Positions 41,728 through 50,996 of a DNA stretch of 64,000 nt are shown in pieces (position 1 is the stretch's first letter; every line of letters begins with the position of its first letter). The DNA is from an uncultured Chloroflexia bacterium. Its GTDB lineage: Bacteria; Chloroflexota; Limnocylindria; Limnocylindrales; CSP1-4. The stretch lies in assembly GCA_963746845.1 (NCBI GenBank), contig CAVVCZ010000005.1, forward strand, positions 467,591 through 531,590, in the 5' to 3' direction. A model generated the notes under the pieces. It had not been told where the DNA came from and searched no databases. It saw only the letters and a program-made list of their open reading frames with translations. Position numbers and translations under genes: made by a program.

Positions 41728-41878
41728 CACGCGCTGGCTGCGTCAAACGACCGGCCAACGGCTGGTGAGGCGCCAGAAGACTCGACAGATCACTCCTCCC
41801 GGGTCATTTGCTGCATCGAACGCGTCCGATGACGCCTTGTTGGCGGACCGAGCGTCGGTTGACGCGCTCTGCGCGTCG
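41728..41878. repeat. Structured repeat copy B (direct repeat of copy A, 870-bp offset)
   Basis: gcgtcaaacgac (41740) ... ggttgacgcgct; same 126-bp core length as copy A; 94/140 ungapped identity by hand count. Confidence 0.85.
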
Positions 41879-41930
41879 GGCGCGCGGAACGGCGGCTGGC
41901 GCGCGCGAGTCGGCGGCCGGACGACCCCGG

Positions 41931-42602
41931 TTACTCGTCCCAGTGGCGGTCGGCGGGGTGGATGTCCGGGCGTCGGCGATGGAGCCAGTCGCGGATCGCC
42001 CAGTACGAGGTCTTGAACGCGATCCCGGGCCACGGGATCGCCTCGGGGGAGAACGCCTGGATCTCGAGCGCCTCGGGGTTGAGACGCGGCGTGCCGCCGA
42101 CGACACGCGCTTCGAACGCCAACACCACGACGGCCGCCTCCAGCCGCGAGTACAGCCCGACGATCTCGCCCGGCTCGACGACCAGACCGGTCTCCTCGAG
42201 CGTCTCGCGGACCGCGGCCTCACCGACGGTCTCGTCGACCTCGAGGAAGCCGCCGGGCTGCGCCCACCACCCGCGGCCCGGATCGATCCCGCGACGAAGC
42301 AGGACGACCTCGCCGGCATCGGTCACCGGGATCGTCGTGACGACGAGCCGCGGATTGACGTAGGCGATGTGCCCGCACGCCGGGCAGCCGAGCCGGTCGC
42401 GGTCCTCGCCCTCGATCGGGCCGAAGGTCAGCTCGGTGCCGCAGCGCGAGCAGTAGTTGAGCATCGCGGCCATCCACGACGGGACGCCGCCGCCGGACGG
42501 GATGCCCGTCGAGCGAGCGTCCGGGCCGCGACCGAAGACGTCGAGCAGCTCGCCCGCCTCGTCGGGCATGCCACCGAGCGACGAGTTGCCGGATCCGATC
42601 AT
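41931..42602 (-). CDS. Zn-ribbon NUDIX hydrolase
   Basis: CSRCG..CPACG; GGFLEVDETVGEAAVRETLEETGL; ATGA overlap with upstream gene. Confidence 0.88.
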   Translation of the reverse strand: MIGSGNSSLGGMPDEAGELLDVFGRGPDARSTGIPSGGGVPSWMAAMLNYCSRCGTELTFGPIEGEDRDRLGCPACGHIAYVNPRLVVTTIPVTDAGEVVLLRRGIDPGRGWWAQPGGFLEVDETVGEAAVRETLEETGLVVEPGEIVGLYSRLEAAVVVLAFEARVVGGTPRLNPEALEIQAFSPEAIPWPGIAFKTSYWAIRDWLHRRRPDIHPADRHWDE

Positions 42603-43060
42603 GCGATCAGGACCGCGAACGACGCGGCGACGAGGGCGGACAGGCCGATGACGCTGACCGCGACCCAGGCGAGGCGGAACAACCCCTTCGTGCGATCGAC
42701 CGGCATCCACGCCCAGGCCGACCGCCAGATCCGGACGAGCGCATCGGCGGTGGTGACGACGAGGAGCGGCGCCGCGATGAGCACGCACAGCTTGATCAGG
42801 GGGCTGCCGAGCGGGGCGCCAAGCTCCAGCGCGGTGATCGCGATCGCGCCGAGGATCAGGACCGGCACCGACAGCAGGACGTAATGCTTCTGGAGCGGCG
42901 TCGGGGCGGTCTCGGGGACGGATCGCGGCGGAAGGCCCTGGAGGCTCGGCGGAAGGCTCGGCGCCGCGACCGGACGGCGGCTGGGTACGGCCGCGGGCGC
43001 AGTCGCGACCCCCTGCCGATCCAGGACCGGCATCCCCTGCTCCCAGCGCTCGTCGTCCAT
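42599..43060 (-). CDS. Hypothetical membrane protein
   Basis: Three hydrophobic helices; TACACT upstream; translationally coupled to NUDIX gene. Confidence 0.65.
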   Translation of the reverse strand: MDDERWEQGMPVLDRQGVATAPAAVPSRRPVAAPSLPPSLQGLPPRSVPETAPTPLQKHYVLLSVPVLILGAIAITALELGAPLGSPLIKLCVLIAAPLLVVTTADALVRIWRSAWAWMPVDRTKGLFRLAWVAVSVIGLSALVAASFAVLIA

Positions 43061-43131
43061 CAGGGGCCGAGTGTACGACCGGCCGTTGAACAGCCTCTGG
43101 CGCACTTGCGTCGCCTGCCACACTGCGGCCC

Positions 43132-43881
43132 ATGGACCATCGCAGCGGGTATGCCGACGTCAACGGGATCCGGATGTATCACGAGATCCACGGGGATGGG
43201 CCTCCGTTGCTCGTCCTGCACGGCGGGACGTGCACGATCGACCTGCCCGGGATGGAGATCCCGTTCTTTGCGACTGCCTTCGAGGTCATCGCGCCCGAGC
43301 AGGTCGCGCACGGCCGGACCTCTGATCGCCCGGACCGGGACCTCCACTACCACGACATGGCCGAGGATACGGTCGAGCTCCTCCGACAACTGAACATCGG
43401 TCCGGTCTCGGTGTTCGGGTTCAGCGACGGGGGCATCGTCGGGCTCGACCTCGCGATCCACCATCCGGACCTCGTGTCGAAGCTCGTGGTGACGGGTACG
43501 AATTTCCGCACGGATGGCCTCGTGTCCGGCACGGCCGCGTGGCTCGCGACGGTCAAGCCCGAGGACTGGCCCGAGGAATTCCGGCTCGAATACGAGCGAC
43601 TTTCCCCCGACGGCGCCGCCCACTGGCCCGACGTGATCGGGCGCCTCAAGCAACTGTGGGCGAGCGAGCCGAACTACACCGACGAGGAGATGGCGAGCAT
43701 CTCCGCGCCGACGCTCGTCGTCGCAGGAGACCGCGACGCGATCACCGCGGAGCATGCCGTTGCGATGTACCGGGCGATCCCCGATGCACAGCTGTGCATC
43801 GTTCCGCATGCCGGGCATGGCGCCATGGCGCGAGAGCAGGTCGCCGCATTCCTCCAGGAGCCGGCCGCGGTCGTCGCCTGA
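43132..43881 (+). CDS. Alpha/beta hydrolase
   Basis: LVLHGG, GFSDGG, GDRD, GH. Confidence 0.9.
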   Translation: MDHRSGYADVNGIRMYHEIHGDGPPLLVLHGGTCTIDLPGMEIPFFATAFEVIAPEQVAHGRTSDRPDRDLHYHDMAEDTVELLRQLNIGPVSVFGFSDGGIVGLDLAIHHPDLVSKLVVTGTNFRTDGLVSGTAAWLATVKPEDWPEEFRLEYERLSPDGAAHWPDVIGRLKQLWASEPNYTDEEMASISAPTLVVAGDRDAITAEHAVAMYRAIPDAQLCIVPHAGHGAMAREQVAAFLQEPAAVVA

Positions 43882-43902
43882 GCGTCGGCCGGAGGCAGGC
43901 CA

Positions 43903-44394
43903 CTACAACCCGTCGTTCGCGGGGTCGGCCGCGATCGCGGCGGACTGGGCGGCCCGCCGCGCGACGATCCGATCCCGGAGTCCGGAATCGGACACGGCGA
44001 GGATCGCGGCGGCGAGCAGGCCGGCGTTCTCCCCGTTACCGACGCCGACCGTCGCGACCGGGACGCCCTTGGGCATCTGGACGATCGCGAGCAACGCGTC
44101 GAGGCCATCGGAGACGCCCCCTGGCATCGGGACGCCGATGACCGGCAGGGTGGTCTGCGAGGCGACGACCCCCGGCAGGTGCGCGGCGAGCCCGGCGATC
44201 GCGATCACGACGCCGATCCCCCGCTCGTCGAAAGACCCGATCCACGCAGACAGCAGGTCCGGAGCGCGATGGGCGGAGATCACCCGCGTCTCCGACCCGA
44301 CACCCAGCTCGTCGAGGACCGCTGCGGCCTTCTCGGCCGCGGCGATGTCGCTCCGGCTGCCCACCACGATCCCGACCCGGTTCGAACCCTGCAC
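43903..44394 (-). CDS. purE: N5-CAIR mutase
   Basis: [33 protein letters not shown]. Confidence 0.95.
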   Translation of the reverse strand: MQGSNRVGIVVGSRSDIAAAEKAAAVLDELGVGSETRVISAHRAPDLLSAWIGSFDERGIGVVIAIAGLAAHLPGVVASQTTLPVIGVPMPGGVSDGLDALLAIVQMPKGVPVATVGVGNGENAGLLAAAILAVSDSGLRDRIVARRAAQSAAIAADPANDGL

Positions 44395-44416
44395 GCTCAA
44401 CTCCCGTCTGCTCGCT

Positions 44417-45040
44417 TCACTGACGGATGACCTCATCCACGGACCCGCCGGCCTCTCCCTCCGGACCGCCCTGGATGTTGACCGGGCGCGGGATCCCGAG
44501 CCGGTCGAACACCTCCAGGATCCAGACGCCCTTCTCGGCCTGGTAGCGCACCGCATCGACGGCAGCGCCGTCCGATCCGGCGATCCCGGCCTTGATCCGA
44601 GCGTAGCCGTCGCGCAGCGCCGGATCGGCCCGGAGCGCGTCGCGGAATGTGAGGTCCTTGGTGAGGTCATCGGTCCCGCGCGGGTGGACGTGGACATGGA
44701 TCCGGTATTCCGTGCCGTCCTCGACGATCGCCCCGACGAGCATCGGCCGCGTCGGCGGCCAGGGGTTCGGGCCGGGCTGCGGCCCGAAGCCGAGGCCGTA
44801 CAGCGCCTCGGTGATCGCGGGGATCGTCGCGGGATCCGCCTCGGTCCCGAGGTCGATGATCCCCTTGCCCGGCAGGCCGGGGACCGCGGTGCTCCCGATG
44901 TGCTCGATCTCGAGCTCCGGCCGCACGGACCGGATCAGCGCGGAGACGTCGGCGGCCACGACCGCGGACCGCGGGTCCCACGGCCGGACCGTCGCGGCGC
45001 GGCGCTCGTATGGCCCGATGGGCAGGGGCGACGTGGGCAC
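44417..45040 (-). CDS. GrpB/UPF0157 family protein
   Basis: [34 protein letters not shown]...Y..IK. Confidence 0.88.
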   Translation of the reverse strand: MPTSPLPIGPYERRAATVRPWDPRSAVVAADVSALIRSVRPELEIEHIGSTAVPGLPGKGIIDLGTEADPATIPAITEALYGLGFGPQPGPNPWPPTRPMLVGAIVEDGTEYRIHVHVHPRGTDDLTKDLTFRDALRADPALRDGYARIKAGIAGSDGAAVDAVRYQAEKGVWILEVFDRLGIPRPVNIQGGPEGEAGGSVDEVIRQ

Positions 45041-45065
45041 GGACGAAGTGTAGAGTTCGCCGATC

Positions 45066-45752
45066 ATGCGTCGTGTCGTCGGCCGGCGACTCCACGAGGT
45101 GGACGTCGGCTAACTCGCCCAGCGGATGGCCGTTGCCGATCGGGTCCTCGTCGACCTGGGCACCGGTGACGGTCGAGCCGCCGTCGGCCTCGCGCGTCGC
45201 GAGCCGACCGCCTTCGTCCTCGGTCTCGACGCGAACGCCGCGGCGATGGCCGAGTCGTCGCTCCGTGCCGCGCGCGCGCCGGCAAGGGGCGGCCTCCCGA
45301 ACCTGTTGTTCGCCGTCGCGGCCGCCGAACTCCCGCCCGCCGAGTTGTGCGATCGAGCCGACGAGGTCTCGATCCTGTTCCCGTGGGGTTCACTGCTGCG
45401 TGGCGCCCTGGCCCTCGACCCATCGGCGGCCGCCGGGATCGCCGCGCTCGTCGCGCCGGGTGGCCGCGTCCACGCGCTCGTCTCGGTCACCAACCGAGAC
45501 GCCGCGGCCGCCGACCTCCACCCGCTCGCCGGGGAGGATCGCGACGCCGTCGCGCGGCGCTGGAAGGCGTGCGGATTGACGCTGACCGCATTCGAGCAGG
45601 CAGGGCCCGACGAGATCGACGCCTCCGGCTCGACGTGGGCCCGGCGTCTCCTTGCCGGACGCCGCCGCCACGCCGACGACGCGAGCCTCGACCGACCCGT
45701 GTGGCGGCTCGAGCTCGTCCGCCGATCGGGTCGATTGGACGACCCGGGATAG
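45066..45752 (+). pseudogene. KamB/NpmA-like 16S rRNA m1A1408 methyltransferase with in-frame TAA at codon 16
   Basis: MRRVVGRRLHEVDVG*LAQRMAVADRVLVDLGTGDG; GGLPNL, ILFPWGSLLRG, STWARRL. Confidence 0.75.
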
Positions 45753-45764
45753 AATCCGGCGGCC

Positions 45765-46571
45765 ATGCGCCCGGTCCCTGCCCGCCGCCCACGCCGCCTC
45801 GGCTCCCTGCTCCTCGCCGCGGTCACCGCCGCGACGCTGGCCATCGGGGTCCTGCCCGCGGTCGCCCCCGCCCCGGCGGCCGACGCGGCCACCGCGAAGC
45901 GCTTCCACCTCGACCTGGCCCGATCCGGCGACTACGTGGCGCAGGCGAACTTCGTCCAGTGCGTCGGGGCGAGCATGCAGATGATGCTGAACATCGAGAA
46001 CCCGAGGAACGACCGCTCGGCGGCCACCCAGCGGCGGCTCCAGACGCTCGCCCGCGACCTGTCCGGCCCGACCCGGGCCGGCTTCGCCCGGAAGGGCGCC
46101 AGCGTCCGCGGCTGGTCGGCCGGGCTCAACGAGCTGGGCGCAGGTCCGTACCGACTCATCGGCGTCACGCGGCTCGACGAGGCGATGCGCCTCGCGGCAG
46201 TCTCGATCCGGACGACCGGCAAGCCCGTCGGGCTCCTCGTCTGGGCCGGGCGCCACGCCTGGGTGATGAGCGGGTTCGAGGCGACCGCCGACCCCGCGCG
46301 GACGTCGAACTTCAAGGTGACGCGTGCGATCGTGCTCGACCCGCTGTACCCCCACGGGTCGAGCCGATGGGGCGCCAGCCCGGGGCCGCGCGAGGCGATC
46401 ACCCTCGCGACGCTCGGCAAGCAGTTCGTGCCGCGCCGGCGAGGCACCTGGCCCGGCGCCGTCACGGGCACGGAAGGCGCCGCGACGATGAACGCGCTCG
46501 CCGGCATGTACGTCCTGGTCCTGCCGTACCAGCCGATCCCGCTCGCCCGCCACCGCAGCGTCGCAGTCTGA
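45765..46571 (+). CDS. Secreted papain-like (C39-like) cysteine peptidase-fold protein
   Basis: Signal peptide; VAQ...QCVGASMQM, GRHAWVMSG, VLDP. Confidence 0.6.
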   Translation: MRPVPARRPRRLGSLLLAAVTAATLAIGVLPAVAPAPAADAATAKRFHLDLARSGDYVAQANFVQCVGASMQMMLNIENPRNDRSAATQRRLQTLARDLSGPTRAGFARKGASVRGWSAGLNELGAGPYRLIGVTRLDEAMRLAAVSIRTTGKPVGLLVWAGRHAWVMSGFEATADPARTSNFKVTRAIVLDPLYPHGSSRWGASPGPREAITLATLGKQFVPRRRGTWPGAVTGTEGAATMNALAGMYVLVLPYQPIPLARHRSVAV

Positions 46572-46675
46572 CGAGTCCCTCGGTCGGCGGTCACGATCTC
46601 CGTCACCGATGAGTCCGGCCGGCCACGGTCGTCTCGTGGGTATCGACGCCCCCATCGCCTTCGACGAGGTGTCCC

Positions 46676-47059
46676 GTGGATCCGTGGCCCAGGAAGCTCT
46701 CCGCCATCACCCTGTTCGCGGAGGATCTCGACCCGATGAAACGGTTCTATGCCGACGTCTTCGGTGTCCGGATGATCTTCGAGGACGCGTCGTCGGCCGT
46801 GTTCGACTTCGGGAACACGGTGATCAACCTCTTGTCCGCGACGGCTGTCCCGGAGCTGATCGAGCCGGCGACGATCGGCGACCCGACCGAGGGACCGCGC
46901 TTCCAGCTGACCGTGGACGTCGACGACGTCGACGCCGTGTGCACCGAGCTCGCTCGTCGAGGGGTGGAGCTCGTGAACGGACCGATCGACCGGCCATGGG
47001 GGATCCGCACGGCCTGCTTCCGCGACCCGGCGGGGCATCTCTGGGAGATCGCGCACTAG
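46676..47059 (+). CDS. VOC/glyoxalase family protein
   Basis: KRFYADVFG, VDDVDAV, DRPWGIRTACFRDPAGHLWEI. Confidence 0.9.
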   Translation: MDPWPRKLSAITLFAEDLDPMKRFYADVFGVRMIFEDASSAVFDFGNTVINLLSATAVPELIEPATIGDPTEGPRFQLTVDVDDVDAVCTELARRGVELVNGPIDRPWGIRTACFRDPAGHLWEIAH

Positions 47060-47096
47060 CGAGCGGCCATCGCCACGGGCGCGGTACCGTGCGGCG

Positions 47097-48152
47097 ATGA
47101 CCGTGATCCCGCTGATCATCGATGTCGACACCGGCATCGATGACTCCCTCGCGCTCCTGTACGCGGCCGCGTCGCCGGAGGCGGAGATCGTCGCGGCGAC
47201 CTGCGTCGGAGGGAACGTCGACGCCCGCCAGGTCGAGCGGAACACGCGCTCGGTGCTGGAGCTGGCACGCCGGACGGACGTCGAGGTGGCGCTCGGACGC
47301 GAGCAGCCATTGGTCCGGCCGGTCGAGACGACGCCGGAGACGCACGGTCTGCAGGGCCTCGGGTATGCCGAGCTGCCGCCTTCGAGCCGCCCGCTGAGCG
47401 ACCGGCACGCCGCGGATCTGTTCGTCGAGGAGTCCCGGCGCCGGCCGGGCGAGCTGACGCTCGTGACGTGCGGGCCGCTCACGAACCTCGCGATCGCCCT
47501 GCTCCGCGAGCCGGCCCTCCCGCGCCTGCTCAAGGGGTGGGTGCTGATGGGCGGCTCCTACCGCCATCCGGGCAACACGGCGCCGACGACGGAGTGGAAC
47601 ATCCACTGCGACCCGGAAGCCGCGAAGATCGCCTTCCACGCGTGGGGCGAGTCGGCCGTCGCCCACGGCCACCCACGACCGGTCGCGCTCGGGCTCGACG
47701 TCACCGAGCAGGCGCGGATCCTGCCGGATCACGTCGTTGCGCTGGCGCGGGCCGCCGGCAGCACGCCGGACGACTCGATCGCCCTGGCCCGCGGCGAGGA
47801 CCCGATGCTCGCCACGCGCTCGGTCGCGAGCAACCCGATCGTCCGCTACATCGCGGATGCGCTCCGGTTCTACATGGAGTTCCACCAGCACTACGACGGC
47901 TTCTACGGCGCGTTCATCCACGATGCCCTGGCCGTCGCGGCGGCCCTCGATCCGACGCTCGTGACGACCCAGCCGGTCGCCGTCGACGTCGAGCTCGGCG
48001 GGACGCTGACGACGGGCGAGACGGTCACCGACTGGCGCGGCGTCTGGGGCCGGCCGCCGAACGTCGACGTGGCCATCGCGACCCGCGCGGACGAGTTCCT
48101 GCGGCGGTTCGTCGAACGGGTCGGGCGGTTGGCGGCGGGTCCCGCGACGTAG
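47097..48152 (+). CDS. Nucleoside hydrolase (IUNH family)
   Basis: DVDTGIDD, GPLTN, EWNIHCDPEAA, IHDALA. Confidence 0.92.
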   Translation: MTVIPLIIDVDTGIDDSLALLYAAASPEAEIVAATCVGGNVDARQVERNTRSVLELARRTDVEVALGREQPLVRPVETTPETHGLQGLGYAELPPSSRPLSDRHAADLFVEESRRRPGELTLVTCGPLTNLAIALLREPALPRLLKGWVLMGGSYRHPGNTAPTTEWNIHCDPEAAKIAFHAWGESAVAHGHPRPVALGLDVTEQARILPDHVVALARAAGSTPDDSIALARGEDPMLATRSVASNPIVRYIADALRFYMEFHQHYDGFYGAFIHDALAVAAALDPTLVTTQPVAVDVELGGTLTTGETVTDWRGVWGRPPNVDVAIATRADEFLRRFVERVGRLAAGPAT

Positions 48153-48226
48153 CACACTAGGCTCGGAGGGCGGGCCTCGGGCGTCGGGATGCGGCGGCCC
48201 TGTGGGCCGAACGGAGGATTCGACGC

Positions 48227-49306
48227 ATGACGGCCACCTGGACACGCGCGATCGTCGGCGTCGTCGCCTTCTTCGTCGTCCTGGTGATCGGCCTGAGCGT
48301 CGCCTCGCCCCTCGATCTCGCGACGGACCCGGACACCGGCCTCGTCGCTGCCCAGGGCACGATCATCGCGATCTTCGCCGTCGCCATCCTCGCGGGGTTC
48401 GCGGGCTACGCCATCACGGAGTACGCCCAGACACGGCGGCTCGATTCGATCACGTCGCAGTTCTCGACCCGAGTGATCGTCCTGATCCCGATCGCGATCG
48501 CGATCAACATCATCCTCGGCCAGACCGTCTCGGCCGCCCTGAAGGTGCCGATCTATCTGGACTCGATCGGGACGATCCTCGTCGGCGTCCTGGCCGGACC
48601 GCTCGCCGGCGCCCTCACCGGCGGCCTCGCGAACCTGATCTGGACCTACGTCCTGCCAGCGCCCTTCCACTCCGACTACGCGGCGCCGTTCTTCATCGTC
48701 GCCGTCGAGATCGGCCTGCTGGCCGGGATCTTCGGCCGGCTCGGGTTCTTCCGGAGCCGCCCCGACACGCCAACGGACAAGCTCGCGATCGGCGCCGCGG
48801 TCGTGGTCGTCATCGTGGTCCTGATCGGCTACTACGGCTTCATCCCGTTCTACACGAACGGCCAGTTCACGTTCTTCGCGCCGCCACCCGACGGGTCGGC
48901 CGGCCCGGATCCGATCTTCATCATCCTCGGCTGGCTCGTCGCCGCCCTGATCGTCGGTGCGCTCCTGGGTTTGCTCGCCCTGCTGTTCATCAAACGGGAT
49001 CTCGGCGCGGCGTACGTCTTCATGGCCGGACTGATCTGCGGGATCGTGTCTGCGATCATCTCGGCGCCGATCTCCGCGATCGTGTTCGGCGGCGTGACCG
49101 GCGGCGGCACGGACCTCCTCGTCGCCGCGTTCCAGCAGGCCGGCTCGACGCTCGGGGAGGCCGTCCTGAAGCAGGGCCTCCTGTCCGACCCGATCGACAA
49201 GACCCTTACCTTCTTCGTCGTGTTCGCGATCGTCGGGGCGCTCAGCCGGCGGTTCGTCGCCCGCTTCCCCCAGGGGGAGCAGGCGGTCGGGCTGGCGGAG
49301 GCGTAG
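48227..49306 (+). CDS. ECF transporter S component (QrtT-like, extended)
   Basis: IPIAIAINI, PIYLDSIGT, FGGVTGGGTD, DPIDK. Confidence 0.8.
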   Translation: MTATWTRAIVGVVAFFVVLVIGLSVASPLDLATDPDTGLVAAQGTIIAIFAVAILAGFAGYAITEYAQTRRLDSITSQFSTRVIVLIPIAIAINIILGQTVSAALKVPIYLDSIGTILVGVLAGPLAGALTGGLANLIWTYVLPAPFHSDYAAPFFIVAVEIGLLAGIFGRLGFFRSRPDTPTDKLAIGAAVVVVIVVLIGYYGFIPFYTNGQFTFFAPPPDGSAGPDPIFIILGWLVAALIVGALLGLLALLFIKRDLGAAYVFMAGLICGIVSAIISAPISAIVFGGVTGGGTDLLVAAFQQAGSTLGEAVLKQGLLSDPIDKTLTFFVVFAIVGALSRRFVARFPQGEQAVGLAEA

Positions 49307-49309
49307 CCG

Positions 49310-50170
49310 ATCGAACCGTCGACGTCGGCCGGGGCCGCACAGCTCTCCGCCGACGCCGCGGCCCTGTCCGCGGACGATGCCGAGTTCCTCGCGAGCCTCG
49401 TCCCGCCGACGCCGTCGCCGTACCACCGGCTCAACCCGCTCACGAAGGCGGTCATCGCGACGGTCGAGTCCATCGGCGCGTTCGTCCTCGGCGGGTATCT
49501 CGGGCCGCTCCTGATCATCTTCGTCGCGGTCCTGCCCGCGGCGGCCATCGCCGGGGTCGCCCGCCGGCTGATCCGGATCTCGTTGCTCCTCACCCTGCCG
49601 ATCGCGATCTCGGTCGTGCTCGTCAGCGTCTTCACCCGGGCCGGCACCACGGTCCTGTTCACGATCGGCCCGTTCGACGCGACCCTCGAGGGCGTCGACT
49701 TCGCCGGCCAGACGCTGGTCCGGCTGTTCGCGATCTCGACGTCGATCGGCCTCTTCGGGCTCACGACGGAGCCGCGGAGCTTCGTCCTGGACCTCGAGCG
49801 GCGAGGCCTCTCGCCGCGGTTCGCGTTCGTCGCCCTGGCCACGCTCGAGGCCGTCCCGGCGATGGTCGAGCGCGCGAGCGTCATCGCCAGCGCCCAGCGC
49901 GCGCGCGGCCTCGACACGGAGGGCAGCATCCGCGCGCGGCTCCGCGGTCTCCTGCCGCTCGTCGGCCCGGTGATCCTGTCGTCCCTGACGGAGGTCGAGG
50001 AGCGCAGCCTCGCCCTCGAGGTCCGGGCGTTCGGCAAGCCCGGCCAGCGCCATCTGCTCTGGCGGCTGCCGGACTCGACCGGCCAGCTCATCCTCCGCGT
50101 CGTCCTGCTGGCGTTGCTCCTCGCGGCGATCGCCGGCCGGCTGACCGGCGCCTTCCCGTCGACGCCGTGA
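49310..50170 (+). CDS. ECF transporter T component (no canonical start codon)
   Basis: YHRLNPLTK, AQRARGLD, LALEVRAF; homology begins upstream of the called TTG at 49583. Confidence 0.8.
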   Translation: MEPSTSAGAAQLSADAAALSADDAEFLASLVPPTPSPYHRLNPLTKAVIATVESIGAFVLGGYLGPLLIIFVAVLPAAAIAGVARRLIRISLLLTLPIAISVVLVSVFTRAGTTVLFTIGPFDATLEGVDFAGQTLVRLFAISTSIGLFGLTTEPRSFVLDLERRGLSPRFAFVALATLEAVPAMVERASVIASAQRARGLDTEGSIRARLRGLLPLVGPVILSSLTEVEERSLALEVRAFGKPGQRHLLWRLPDSTGQLILRVVLLALLLAAIAGRLTGAFPSTP

Positions 50171-50177
50171 GCCGCCG

Positions 50178-50996
50178 ATGCTGCAGTTGAGCGGGGTCTC
50201 CTACCGCTACGCCGGGTACGCGAACGAGGTCCTCCACGACATCGAGCTTCGCCTCGAGGACGGCGAGATCGTCGGGCTCGTCGGGCCGAACGAGGCCGGC
50301 AAGTCGACGCTCTGCCTCGTGGCGTCCGGGCTGGCGCCCGCCTCGATCGGCGGGACGATCCGGGGCACCGTCAGCCTGGACGGCGAGCCCGCGGCGGGCC
50401 TGAAGACCCACCAGCTCGCCGAGCGCGTCGTCGTCGCGTTCCAGAACCCGAACACGCAGCGCTCGGGAATCGCGGCGACCGTGTTCGAGGAGATCGCGCT
50501 CGGGCCGATGAACCTGGGGCTCGAGGTGTCCGAGACGGTCGCGAGAGCCCACGAGGCGATCGGGCGGCTGCGGCTCGAGCCGCTCGTCCGGCGGGACCCG
50601 CAGCGGCTGTCCGGCGGCCAGGCACAGCTCGTCGGGATCGCCTCGCTCCTGGCGATGCGGCCGCGCCACGTGATCCTCGACGAGCCGACCGCCCAGCTCG
50701 ACCCGGCCGGAACGCGGCTGGTCGGCGAGGCCCTCCGCGAGCTGGCGGCGTCCGGGACGTCGTTGCTGATCGCCGAGCACAAGACGGACCTCCTCGACGG
50801 GCTGTGCACGCGGGTCATCGCGATCGACGGCGGTCGGATCGTCCTCGACGGCCCGACCCACACGGTCTTCGACGATCCGGCGCTCGCGGCGATCGGTGTC
50901 GAGCCGCCGTCGCGGGCGCGCCTGAGCCGGGCGCTGGCGGCGGCGGGAACGGACCCGCGCGTCGTCGGCGAGGCACTGGCCGGAGCCGTGCCGTGA
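50178..50996 (+). CDS. ECF ATPase A
   Basis: GPNEAGKST, FQNP, LSGGQ, LDEPTAQLDP. Confidence 0.9.
   Translation: MLQLSGVSYRYAGYANEVLHDIELRLEDGEIVGLVGPNEAGKSTLCLVASGLAPASIGGTIRGTVSLDGEPAAGLKTHQLAERVVVAFQNPNTQRSGIAATVFEEIALGPMNLGLEVSETVARAHEAIGRLRLEPLVRRDPQRLSGGQAQLVGIASLLAMRPRHVILDEPTAQLDPAGTRLVGEALRELAASGTSLLIAEHKTDLLDGLCTRVIAIDGGRIVLDGPTHTVFDDPALAAIGVEPPSRARLSRALAAAGTDPRVVGEALAGAVP

Noticed and set aside
40858-41878. Classical IS or CRISPR interpretation of the repeat-flanked gene
   Set aside because: No DDE/HUH transposase motif, no target-site duplication seen, only two long repeat units and no cas genes
46609-46680. Short VGIDAPIAF stretch resembling a DUF429 fragment
   Set aside because: Too short to support; the rest of the ORF overlaps the VOC gene out of frame
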